DNA of 64,000 nt from Bugula neritina (Eukaryota > Animalia > Bryozoa), in assembly GCA_964035545.1 (NCBI GenBank), contig OZ037769.1, forward strand, positions 13,608,633 through 13,672,632, given 5' to 3'. A model generated the notes under the pieces. That model searched no databases. It was not told where the DNA came from and saw only the letters and a program-made list of their open reading frames with translations. Positions 29,537-42,300 of the stretch are shown one piece after another (position 1 is the first letter of the stretch; each line of letters starts with the position of its first letter). A program made the position numbers and the translations under genes.

Positions 29537-32500
29537 TCACTTAGCCCCACCTTTGGACATACTTGCCCCACGACCCTTAGAAGAACTTGAGCTAGATCCT
29601 CTTCCTGAGGCTACACCTCTTTTAGCAGCTCTCTCTGACCGTTGCTGTAAAGCAAATAAATGAGCAGACTAAAAAATTGCAACAGCAATGACATTTCTTG
29701 CTTTAGATTTTGTATTTTTTAGAAGCCAGTGACAACTAATTTGTTTAATACATTATAGTAAAGATCTGTAAACTGGAAAGTTATAACATAAAACGCAAGT
29801 AGTTTTAGTAACAAGCATATTATTTCATGGAGGGTTCACCCCTGTCCTTCTAATGGAGGGCAGCTGCCTCACCTACTGAGTATGTACTACGTTCAAGTAA
29901 AATTCCCCAACATGAGCAAGCTACACTTCTTGAGAGAACACAAGCTGGCGTAGCCTGAGTGCATCACACAATTTTGTGGTGGTCTAACTAGTGAGTCCCA
30001 ACTTAATAGTCTACATGCGTGGTGGTGTGTAAAGCAACGTACTTTAAATTCAAAATAATCTAAATATTTAAGATACATGCAAATTGAGTACACCAAAATA
30101 TTACGGAATACAGCGTATGCACAGTATATTCCGGATTTTAAATACTAAATTCTCACCTCACCATATGCTTGATCTAGGGAGAACCTCAATTTATCACAGT
30201 ACCAGTCATTTTTAAATAACAGTACATAATTAATTTTAGCTTGCAGCAATTGTACTTCCCAAATCGAAGCCCATATATGCAATTTTTCATATATTTAACA
30301 GCCAATTATATTCAAGTAAATCTGTTCTCCCCATAAAATACAATATTTATTTTCTCTATAGAATTTTTTATTTAACAATTTGCAAGTGACTCATGCCGAA
30401 GCATACAAACCCTTTGCTGGTAGCGTCTCTCGAAATACTCCATGTCAGTTTCACCGGGTCTTCTCATGGCGGCCATTTGCTCGGCCAGGTCTGCTTCATA
30501 CTCTGGTGTACCTGCATTTATTATAACATACTCTCCAGTTTCATACACAGGTTCATTTTGTGATATCCATATACTACTATGATGCTTACAGAATTTGACT
30601 ATATTATTATGACAAATATCTTATATTATTATCATTACTGTTACTATACCACTACGCTTTACATATTATTATTATGAGATAACATACTCTGAGAGTTTTC
30701 AACACTATTACATAATATGATTTTACATATTACCTATATTACTATATTACAGTAATATTATATTTATACTACGACGCTATATTACTATATTATTATATTG
30801 TTACGAATTACATAGTATTATAATGAGATATTATACTCCGAGAGTTCTCGAAGTTATCAACTAGCCTACACTGCAGCATGACCAATTGATGACATCATAC
30901 AAAGTATCATGATGCATCATAAAAGAACTCAACTAACGCAAGTTTATAGTCGCTATCCCGGTGAGAAACCTCTGATGGAAGAGTTGTTTGGTAGGTTAGG
31001 CTAGGGACTTATTCAGATGGGGCACAGGAGAAATTATGACTATAGATGCTCTTTCTAACATCACTAATGGTTTTGTCGAGAATCGAACCCATGACCTCGT
31101 GTTTACTAGGTAAATGCTCTAACCCCTAGACCACGGCTGCTCCCTAACATGATACATCATATTTAGATTATATCATACTCCAGTCAACTATTAGTATCCG
31201 TGACTTAATCACACTCTATTGGATGTCTCACCCAACTCAGCCTCCTTGTATTCACCAATGAGGTCTTCAAGAGTGTTTTTACCTTGTTCTAGAGCTCTGT
31301 AAGCATTCATAGCCGGCAGGTTTGCTCTCAGGAACGGATGGTCACTGGCCGATACAGGTTGGTTCAGAAATTCTGCGGAGGGAGCACCTACAGTATATAT
31401 AACAGTACTAATAATTTGTGACTACTTGTAAGTAGTACACTCACAGTATAATATTCACTAGTGACTTGTAACTATAGTTGCAAATAGTACACTCATAGTA
31501 CTTTCACTAGTGACTTGTGACTGCTTGCATATTATACACTCACAGTATTTTTACTAGTGAGTCACTATTTTTAGATGGTAATCCTACAGTAAAGTACAAT
31601 TACTAATACTGTACAGTGAATTCTTGTAATTTTCTAGCTCACTATAATATTATAAAGATGAAGAAACTAAATTAATATTTAAAATTGTCTCGACAACTAG
31701 TAAAATTCTACAACGTTTACAGTGACTTCAATAACTAATAAATTTAAACCTCAATAAAAATACATTTACTTTTAAAGCATATTATATGTTATATTATACA
31801 CATGACATAATATTATGAATATCATATTACCTCATTTGTATCGCATTATATAAAGGCATACATACTCCTAATATAACAAAAGAAATAGCAATTAAAAATG
31901 AAGATTAAAGTGCTGAACAAAATTATGTTACATCACTAACAAGTTTCAATTAAAACTGATAACATTGCAGATGGCATATGCTACAATTTATTAATCCTAA
32001 ATATCTAGAGTTATACCTATGCCACTGGGATCTAGCCGCTGATAACCTTCTGCTAAAGACGAGAACCCAGTAAGACCCCCCATAGCTTGATATTGCACAT
32101 CATGTCCCACGGGCTTTCCTTTGGCTGACCGTTCCTCTTTGGTCTCAACTAAAGTTTCATGCTCGTAGACATACTTGGTACAAGCACAGGTGAATGAACT
32201 TCTGAACCCGGTGCATTTACATCCAGCTAAAACAAATATTATAGAAGACTGTAAAAATAATTAAATTGTGTTGCAGCAAAGAATGCTTAAAGGTGAACTG
32301 TATGTTGAGAAGATAGCTAGGGTAACAATTTGTTGATTTGTGTATAAGTACTGAAAGATTTCACAAAAACACTGGTTTACGATGTCGAAAAAAACGCATG
32401 AGTCATGAATGATGAATGTTTTGTGACAGTGTTGTCACAACTGTCTACACCAGTCTGAAAACTGGAAATGTGAAAAAGAGTCATAATCTGGCAAACTCAA

Positions 32501-35156
32501 GTATTGATTGTAAAGTTTAGTTAGTCGAGATATCCAACGTTTACATTAGTATTGTCAGAAAAACAAACTTGCAGAAATATTGATTATAGGATAAACTAAG
32601 TGGTAAAACAGTTACGAGCTGATTTAAATTAAAGAGGAGATAATTCTAGCTCCTGAAACTTATAATGAAGCAAATATCACCTGCTTCGCACAATAGTATT
32701 AGAATTATGCTAAAAATAAAAGTACTTCAGCAGCATTGGACAAAAATCAAAGCAGCCAATCAAAGGACACATCGCTGTCCTTGAATAAACACGGTCAAAA
32801 GTTGAAAGCATTTAAATTCTAAAAAAGAAATTTTCTTACAAAACACATAGCAGATAAAGAATAAAGAATAAATTTGAGGCAGTATTTTGTAAAAAGCTAT
32901 ATTGGAATTTAAATTGATACCAACCTTTAGAGTTTTTGCACTTGTATGGGTGTCTTTCAGAGTGAGAGTCAGCTAAATGCTTGCATGTGCATCTGATAGG
33001 CTGGCCTCCATTCAAAGGAATGTAATGGTACGAGAGGCACTTACACCCACCCTGCTTGCATGGGAGCAGTATGGGTCGCTCTTCAGGCAAAGTTACAAAA
33101 TCAGTCTGATGCTGCTTGTATCTAAATGAGAGTGTATATTTATAGTATATATTACACTAACTATATAACTGTCATAAGTTAATATTAGGCTACATGTGCT
33201 GAACAGTGTAACTCACGAAACATATTTAGAGTAATTTTTTGTATTTTACATTTAAAAACTAAATTAATAGCTTGTTTATTGACTTTATTGACAAAACAGA
33301 ACTTTAGGACACACAAATCTAATAATTATCATGAAAAAAATTATTTAACTATTGTTGCTGCAGTTACTAAATCAGTTATCTATATAAAAAAAACTCAAGC
33401 GAGTTTATAGTCACTATCCCTGTGAGAAACCTCTGATGAAAGAGTTGTTTGTTAAATCAGGCTAAGGAATTATTCAGATAAGGCACTGGAGCAATTATGA
33501 CTGGATGCTCTTCCTAACATCACCATGCAATAGCCTTTGTTGGGCACGTCAACCTATGGGTTTGTGTTTACTAGGCAAACGTTCTAACCCCTAAACCACG
33601 GCTGCCCCTGTAAATCGGTTATCCGTAGTCTTATATTAATTTTTTAGATTTATTTGCATGAATCATAGAGCTAAAGTGCCAAAGCCTTGTGTTTATAAAT
33701 AAGTTATGCCGGGCTAGTGATAGAAACACTCTAAATCTAGCTTAGAACAATTACTGTTTCTAAAATAAAATGTGAATCGTATATATCTAGCAACTAGCAA
33801 CTCCCATAAAATACAGATATAGTCAGTGAGTAAATTCGAAATTACCTGTGCCCACAGAAACAAGGAGTTTCTGGACCAATCAGCTTGCAGTCCATACCAG
33901 TTGATGAAGTCCATGAAACATATAGCCTGTTTTTCATTCTCTGTAAAATGTTATGATATAAAAACTCAATCCCTCCTTCCCAGTGTAGACATGCTACTCA
34001 CAATCATTTGGCTATGGTTCAGATAGCTTGAAAAATTGCTAGAGCTTTTCTTCCATTTTGTTTAATGTTTTCCTTAAAAGAATTTCTGTATGCAGTCTAC
34101 CATTACCATGTGTAAAACTATAGTTGTCTAAATTTAATGACATTCTACCCTTTGAAAGTTTAGTATGTTTGAAAGAAACTATTATTGATCTAATCTATGC
34201 ATTCAATTTAATTTTGCTTTATTTATCTTTGCAAGAATTACTAAAAACATATTATTGGTGAAAAAAAAATACTCGGAGAAAGTTGAGAAATCAGGAGAGC
34301 CTGAGTAGTAGAAGAGTAGGCTAGTGGAGATCAGAGAACTGCGTGGGATGTAGTGTTGTGATTACCAAGTAGTATCCGTAGTGTCATGGTTAGCTTGCTC
34401 GCTTGCAAGCTGAAAGTCTCGGGTTCGAATCTCAGTAAGGGCAAAAGTTTTATATTTCTAGATTATAAAAAGAAAAGAAAAAAGTTGCTTTCTACATTTT
34501 ATGTTTAACAAATAATTATATACAATATTATTAAATGATCAAACCTGAGGAACAACTCGTTTCTTATATTCTTCATATTCTTGTTCAGTGAACATTCTAC
34601 CACCATCATCGTCACCAACGGTTCTGCCACACAAGCAATGATAGTTAAAAGTCTCAAGTCATCATGCAACTTTATATCAAATTACGATGTCCATCAATTT
34701 AAAATCTGCTATAATTAAGCCTATCAGTCTTTACATGAGATATAGATTGTTACATGTAAAACTCATTTCAAGAAAATATGTTCAGTAATCTCAGTATCCC
34801 TATTAAAAACTTAGTAAAATTGTAAGCTTTGTTTATTGTACGCCAATTATATTTAAAAATTGATCAACAATCATTGACAACAACTAATTAATTTGCCTCA
34901 ATTTCAAACATATTTGCTTTAAATGCACTCTAGCCCTGAAATCTTATTTTTGGGGAATGACTGTAAAAACTTTGAGGAATTCTTTTTTTTGTACCTTGAC
35001 TTTTACTTTGTTAATAAATACTTGTAACTATCACTAATAAATAAATATAAACTGTAGACTGCACCTTTTGTATTCCAGATAAGCATCAACGTGAGCTCCT
35101 GCATTGTTTCCAAATTTCATGTGGTAGTTACTTTCAGGCGAAGATTTGTCTGCCAT
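29537..35156 (-). CDS. FAM221A: Protein FAM221A (~345 aa, 8 coding exons)
   Basis: Exons 35156-35065, 34623-34545, 33940-33846, 33121-32925, 32226-32017, 31387-31232, 30511-30411, 29644-29537; 1038 nt in frame. Motifs VDAYLEYKRTVGDDDGG, GMDCKLIGPETPCFCGHRYKQH, PLNGGQPIRCTCKH, AMGGLTGFSSLAEGY, RRPGETDMEYFERRYQ match FAM221A as recalled. Confidence 0.92.
30935..31144 (-). mobile_element. tRNA-Thr(AGT)-derived SINE, copy 3
   Basis: Reverse complement of the family; TSD catgatRcatcata. Confidence 0.85.
33394..33608 (-). mobile_element. tRNA-Thr(AGT)-derived SINE, copy 4
   Basis: Reverse complement of the family; TSD taaatcRgttatc. Confidence 0.85.
34373..34443 (+). mobile_element. tRNA-like element (SINE head or tRNA pseudogene, TGC loop)
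   Basis: A box tagtgtcatgg, loop cttgcaa, B box ggttcgaatct; acceptor stem poorly paired. Confidence 0.5.
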
Positions 35157-36351
35157 TATTCTGATACTTTTTGTAATTATTTTCAAGATCTTGAGTTTAT
35201 TTACAAACGATTAAATAAAACTAGTCAACTACAAGATTAAGAACTTAGAAACTAGAGCAAATGTCTAGCTGTTTGCATTTGGGTTATCAACTTTACAGAA
35301 ATACTAATAGGCTTGTCCATTTAGGATTTTTAAAGACTTCTCAGTTTGAAAGGGATTTAAAATACAATATGACTCGGTAAATATTAATTTAAATCAATAT
35401 AGAGTTATTCATAGTTTAATTAAAAAAAACTTAGTTGTGGTCTAAATCAAATTCAAGTATATGATATCAATTATCAATGTTGATCACAATCACAATGACA
35501 ATCACAATGTGAATGTGATCGTGCTAACTAGAGACTGCTTTGGTTTAGAAGTATTGCAACGCTGGTACATTAGAAATCTACGTTTTAATCAGTCAAAGAC
35601 ACATGTGATGTGTTGTCACTATTGTCACAGACAATGAGTGATCAAGTTGTTTTATTAATTATTTTACTTTCAACAAAACTTTTGGCTTGGTACAAATTAT
35701 TTGCGGAAGTACTTGTCTCACCTAGTAACAATGCTCGGTCTCGAATATAATTTGTATAATTTTGTGTTTATTTTAAATAATAAATTAACAAATAATTTAT
35801 AAATTTTTTTAAAAAAAAAAATCAAAATTGTTACTACGTTAATTTCCAAGTTTAGTTTCGCCAATTAAAATTGTTATTCGTATGCCATTATCACATGACC
35901 GTTTATAGAAATTTACATCTGAATGCGAAGCTCAAGTTGAGTCTTGAAAGGATTCTTAACGATCAGTCAGTTTGATTAATTAGTTATCTAGTATCTACCG
36001 TACCAATATAAGTTTATTAGTTGTAAATAAAGTTTAATTTATTTAGCGTGATCTAACTAAAAGCTTAAATAAAACCTCGACATGAACTGTGAACATAACT
36101 GAAAGTTATCGGTCACAATGAGTATGACAATGAATATCAATATGAATATGTATAACTGAATAACTATAAGAATGAGTAAAACTGCATGTCTCGAGTTTAT
36201 TTTAAATTTTTGAAGTTTAATTTTTTCCAGTTAAAATATAATAATAGTAATACAAGAGTATTGATATTAAAATTGGAATGGAATGGAAGCTTCAAATTTA
36301 AAAATAAGTTAATTTTTAAACTAACATTTGTTTTACCTTTTACTTTCAGAA
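35157..36351. promoter_or_regulatory. Head-to-head (bidirectional) promoter region FAM221A/PLBD2
   Basis: Start codons diverge ~1.2 kb apart; ETS-like cggaagt 35704-10, X-box-like gtctcacctagtaac 35715-29, M-box tcacatgac 35891-99. Confidence 0.55.
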
Positions 36352-39300
36352 ATGATTGGAAAAGCTGCTAAACTAGCTGTTATCTTAATTGTACTGGTAA
36401 GTTTGGACTGCGTGTCATCGATTTCTAACTCCGAAAGATTACAATCAAGATGGAAAAATCGAAAACACAACTTTGGTTCTGGTGTTGTAAGAGCTTCGGT
36501 TACATATGATGAAGACACCAAAAAGTTTCAGTTTCATGGAAACAATTTCCCTGTTAGTGAAAAATATGCAGCTCACGCCGAGTTTGAAGACATGCGGTAC
36601 ACTTTTGGGTAAGCAAAGAATTCTATTGACAATTATGCAATAGCTTTGAACCGATTTTTGAACGATTAGCTATAAGCAGTTGCAATTCTTTTCTCAGTAA
36701 TCTTCAAGATTACTCAGAAATTTTAATTGTATTAGTTTTAAAATGTTAGACTATCTAATAGAGACAAACCTTGTTTGATTACTCACTTTTTATTCTGAAG
36801 TTATAAACTTAGTTTTTAACCCGTAGACCCTATAGCTTTATGCAGTCCTAAAATTATTACACCACATGTTTATTTGCATATGTAAGTAACGTAACTCATT
36901 TATAGTTATATCAAATAAAAATACTCAAAAGATCTACGAATAGTACAGTTTTGATTTCTCATAGCTGAAGTTTCAGTTTTAATAATACTTATTTAATTAT
37001 TTTGAAATTCACTCATGTATATATTTTAGCTGGACGTTTCTGACAGTAGACACTGATGAAGGGTATGCTGACTATATCCAGGCCTACGCTGCCGGTCTTG
37101 CAGAGGGATACCTTACTCAAGCCATCACAGCTCAACACTGGAACAACACCATTGATGGGTAATTATTGCATGGGATGTATTTCATTAAACTTGTAAATAC
37201 TTTGAGTAACCTTTTATTTTAAATAATCCAACAGGGTTCTAATTTTTTTTCTATTTTTGTTCATGCCTACTTATTATAGCCAGTATTTACACTGAATTTC
37301 GCAATGTGTTTTCATAACTGTGATATCTAATAAATAAATCCATCAATCAATTTTTGTGCAAAAACTAGTTTAACCATCCATCATTTTTATCTGCATAATA
37401 AATAACTGAAAATAGAGTTTAATTAAATCTCACTATGACAATAAAAAAAATTCCTTTTATTTTTCAATAAAATCAGTGATAAAGAATTAAAATTTAATAT
37501 ATAATACAAGAAATTTGAATCGGTTTACAAATGAGTTGATATCTAAGTGAGAATTGTCTTCCGTAGATACTGCACACCCGATGCATCTTCTGCATATTGC
37601 CAAAGACTGAAAACTTATCTCGACACTAATTTCAACACATTTATTAGAAACAGCATTTCTCTTTACGCCAAGACAGATCCTTACTGGCACCAGGTAGGTT
37701 TTTGTTAATATTTATCATATAATTCATTTTATTATTTTATTTGCCAACAAAATTATTTAATTAAAATAACATAAAAATACTATCAGTGTGAGTTTGTCAA
37801 GCAGAGATGAAAATGCGTTAATTAAATTAGGTATGAGAATAGTTAGTAAACATGCAATTGGGATATGTTGTTTTCTCACCTATTGTGCAATTATTAGTTT
37901 TATGCTTCTTACAGCATTCATCAGGCACATTTCTGATATTGAGTAGATAACTCTTACTTGATAGGTGGAGCTGTTCTTGTATCAACTCAATGGACTGACT
38001 GATGGACTAAACAACAAAACAGGGACACCCCGTACCGATGTTGATCTTTTTGGCTATCTGTAAGTTTGGTTGACTCAGTTGAACCATTTTTATTTCTTAC
38101 TATATATATAGTTTGCCAGCTAGTTAGCCAGTAAATATTTTTTTTGCGCTGGGAATAAGCCTTGTAACGCTGTACGACTTATTAACTGTCTGCAAGTGAA
38201 ATGTGACTTTGCTGTAATCAATAAAACACCTAAAGAGTTTTCAGTTGAATGTAGAGTTAAATGCAGTATGAAACTTTATCTGTACGGTAGTACAAAATAA
38301 CAAAGTTTATGATGATTTTGCTAATTTCTATCTAAAGGTAGATAAGATGACAATTTGATCTTAGCTAAACTATCTTTCCGTATTTTATAGCAACTTGAAA
38401 GTTTATTTTAAACTAAGCCGCTATACAAAGACTGCTATTTTTGGCATGTCGTCGTTCTTTTCTACATGGTTTCGGTGGGTTTAGTTATTACATAATTTTG
38501 TCTTTTTTCTGAAATTGAAATTTTTTTAATTGAGCTCAGTTGGTTCTTGGATAAACCTGATAAATATTGCAGTTCATATGTTTATCTGTACCCTAGCAGC
38601 ACAATGCTCTCATTAGGTCATTGAAAACAAGGCAAACCTTCGGTTAGATGATACTCAAAGGGGATTTTTTTTTCTAGAATGTTCCAAATTGACGGTGACT
38701 TGGAGGATCTAGAAGTTGCTCTGAACAAACCAGAGAAGGAACGGAAGAAGATCCTAGGATCTGGATCTTGCTCAGCTCTCATCAAGCTTCTCCCCAACAA
38801 CACTGATCTCTACGTGGCGCAGGACACCTGGACTAACTATGGTAGCATGCTGAGAGTGATAAAGAGATACTTGTTCAATTACCATCAGCTTGACGGTGAG
38901 TTGTTGTAAAATCCTTTTGCATTGTTTGTGTTTTTGTTTTTAAATAAATCATCAGTCTTTGTGTATATACAGCAATTGAAATGTTGACCTCTTTCGTGAA
39001 CAGATGGAATGTTGACCGCTTACTATCTATAGCTTGTTTTATTGATGGCTGATGTATTTCCTTGTTAGAGTTGAGTAGCTGTCTTTTACTGTAGGCATAT
39101 CAATAGTGCAGCTAGTCAGCATAGTATATGGCATGCAGTTTAATTCTTGTTATACATTTTTTATAACATATTGCATAATATGCTATACAATATATTGCAC
39201 AATATAATACACAATATAATATGCCATGTATACTGTAGCTCCTAACTCCCCGCTAATCCCAGGAAATGAAATGTTGTTCTCATCGTACCCGGGCTCTTTG

Positions 39301-42300
39301 ATGTCTGGGGATGATTTCTACCTGCTGGGAAGTAACATTGTGAGTATAACATCATGTGTTGTGAGTATGACATCACGTGGTGTGAGTCGTACAGCTTTAT
39401 CTCATTTAGCTTGTATAGTTTCATATTTCACATATGTATATCTTCGCTTTGTCGATCGTTAGCTTGAGATCATACATCATAAACTAGATCTAATGATTTG
39501 TTACCCCCCTCCCCATACTATTCCAACGCTTTCAGTTGGTTTTTAGACTAGCATGGAGACTACGATAGGCAACTCCAACCCTGATCTTATCAAGTACATC
39601 CAGCCCATGGGTACAGTCCTGGAGGGGATCAGAAGTCAGGTGGCCAATAGACTGGCTACAGATGGGTTATCCTGGGGGAAAGTGTTTGCTAAATACAACA
39701 GCGGGACGTGAGTTCTTTACCTTCAATCAGCCCCTTATTACTTAAAAAAAAGGCTAAAATGATTAAAGAAAATTGCATCATATAGGCATAGTTATACAAG
39801 CCTAGCCGAAACTCATGTCGCTAAATCTGCTCATGAGTTATAAGCTTGCAATATAAATTTTCTGTAGCAGAGCTGTTGCTGTGTGTTACAATCACCTGGT
39901 AGTCTGAGAGTGACTTAATCTACTTTGTTGCTGGCAGAAATGTTGAATACATTATCAGACTCTCTTGTCAAACTGCTGACTTCATGTTAGGAAACACTAA
40001 ACTAAGTTCTGTGCTCCTGCCAGGTTTTCATTATATGATGTTCGTAATTATTTCATGTGAAAGTTTGAAGATGTTCCTAACTAGTTGATAGCTATTCTAG
40101 GAGAGATTGCAATTGACATCTATACTAGGAGAGGTTCAAATTAGCATCTCTCCTAGGCAGATTTGGCATATTTGCTAGGAGAATTGCCAATCCCACTAGG
40201 GGAGATTGCAATTAGCATCTCTCCTAGGCTGATTTTGCTTATTTGCTAGGAGGATTGCCAATCCCCCTAGAAGAGATCGCGATTGGTATCTCCACTAGAG
40301 GATATTGCAATGAGATATTTATAAGGATGAATGTGCATATAGTATGACCAATCTTACTAGGAAAACCTCTAATTAACAATTCCCTTTAGAAAAAGCCAAT
40401 TGCTATCTCTGCTGGTAAAATAAGCAATTTTCCAAACAAAGAGTCCCAGTTACAGTGATTATCAAAGCTATAACCATATTTATTGCTATGCTCTATCAAG
40501 TATGAACATTTGCATCTATATATTCAAACTCTGTACTCCTGCCAGGTTTTGATTATACAATGTTTATAAATATTTCATGGGAAAGTTTTAAGTTGTCCCT
40601 GACCAATAAATATTATCAAAAATAATAAATATAAGTAATAAGTAGTGAAAGGCTCTGAAAGAATAAATAATCAGTTTGAATTTGTCCCTGACTGGTTGGC
40701 ATCTATACTAGGAGAGATTGCAATTAGCATCTCTCCTAGGCTGATTTGGCATATTTGCTAGGAGAATTGCCAATCCCACTAGGAGAGATTGCAATTAGCA
40801 TCTCTCCTAGGCTGATTTGGCATATTTGCTAGGAGGATTGACAATCCCACTAGGAGAGATTGCAATTGGTATCTCCACTAGAGGATATTGCAATTGTATA
40901 TTTATAAGGATGAATGTGCATATAGTATGACCAATCTTACTAGGAAAACCTCTAATCAACAATTCCCTTTAGAAAAAGCCAATTCCTATCTCTGCTGGTA
41001 AAATAAGCAATTTTCCAAACAATAAATCCCAGTTACAGTGATTATCAAAGCTATAACCATATTTATTGCTATGCTCTATCAAGTATGAACATTTGCATCT
41101 ATATGTTCAAACTCTGTACTCCTGCCAGGTTTTAATTATATGATGTTCATAATTATTTCATGTGAAAGTTTGAAGTTGTCCCTGACTGGTTGGCATCTAT
41201 ACTAGGAGAGATTGCAATTAGCATCTCTCCTAGGCTGATTTGGCATATTTGCTAGGAGAATTGCCAATCCCACTAGGAGAGATTGCAATTAGCATCTCTC
41301 CTAGGCTGATTTGGCATATTTGTTAGGAGGATTGACAATCCCACTAGGAGAGATTGCAATTGGTATCTCCACTAGAGGATATTGCAATTGTATATTTATA
41401 AGGATGAATGTGCATATAGTATGACCAATCCTACTAGGAAAACCTCTAATTAACAATTGCCTTTAGAAAAAGCCAATTCCTATATCTGCTGGGAAAGTAA
41501 GCAATTTTCCAAACAATAAATCCCAGTTACAGTGATTATCAAAGCTATAACCATATTTATTGCTATGCTCTATCAAGTATGAACATTTGCATCTATATGT
41601 TCAAACTCTGTACTCCTACCAGGTTTTAATTATATGATGTTCATAATTATTTCATGTGAAAGTTTGAAGTTGTTCCTAACTAGTTGATAGCTATTCTAAG
41701 AGAGATTGCAATTAACATCTTCACTAGGAGAGATTCAAATTAGCATCTCTCCTAGGCAGATTTGGCATATTTGCTAGGAGAATTGCCAATCCCACTAGGA
41801 GAGATTGCAATTGGTATCTCCACTAGAGGATATTGCAATTGTATATTTATAAGGATGAATGTGCATATAGTATGACCAATCTTACTAGGAAAACCTCTAA
41901 TCAACAATTCCCTTTAGAAAAAGCCAATTCCTATCTCTGCTGGTAAAGTAAGCAATTTTCCAAACAATAAATCCCAGTTACAGTGATTATCAAAGCTATA
42001 ACCATATTTATTGCTATGCTCTATCAAGTATGAACATTTGCATCTATATGTTCAAACTCTGTACTCCTACCAGGTTTTAATTATATGATGTTCATAATTA
42101 TTTCATGTGAAAGTTTGAAGTTGTTCCTAACTAGTTGATAGCTATTCTAAGAGAGATTGCAATTAACATCTTCACTAGGAGAGATTCAAATTAGCATCTC
42201 TCCTAGGCAGCTTTGGCATATTTGCTAGGAGAATTGCCAATCCCACTAGGAGAGATTGCAATTAGCATCTCTCCTAGGCTGATTTTGCTTATTTGCTAGG

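Noticed and set aside
33430-33445. Hammerhead ribozyme core (ctgatga)
   Set aside because: Chance variant in one SINE copy; no supporting stems seen here or at other ctgatga/tcatcag hits
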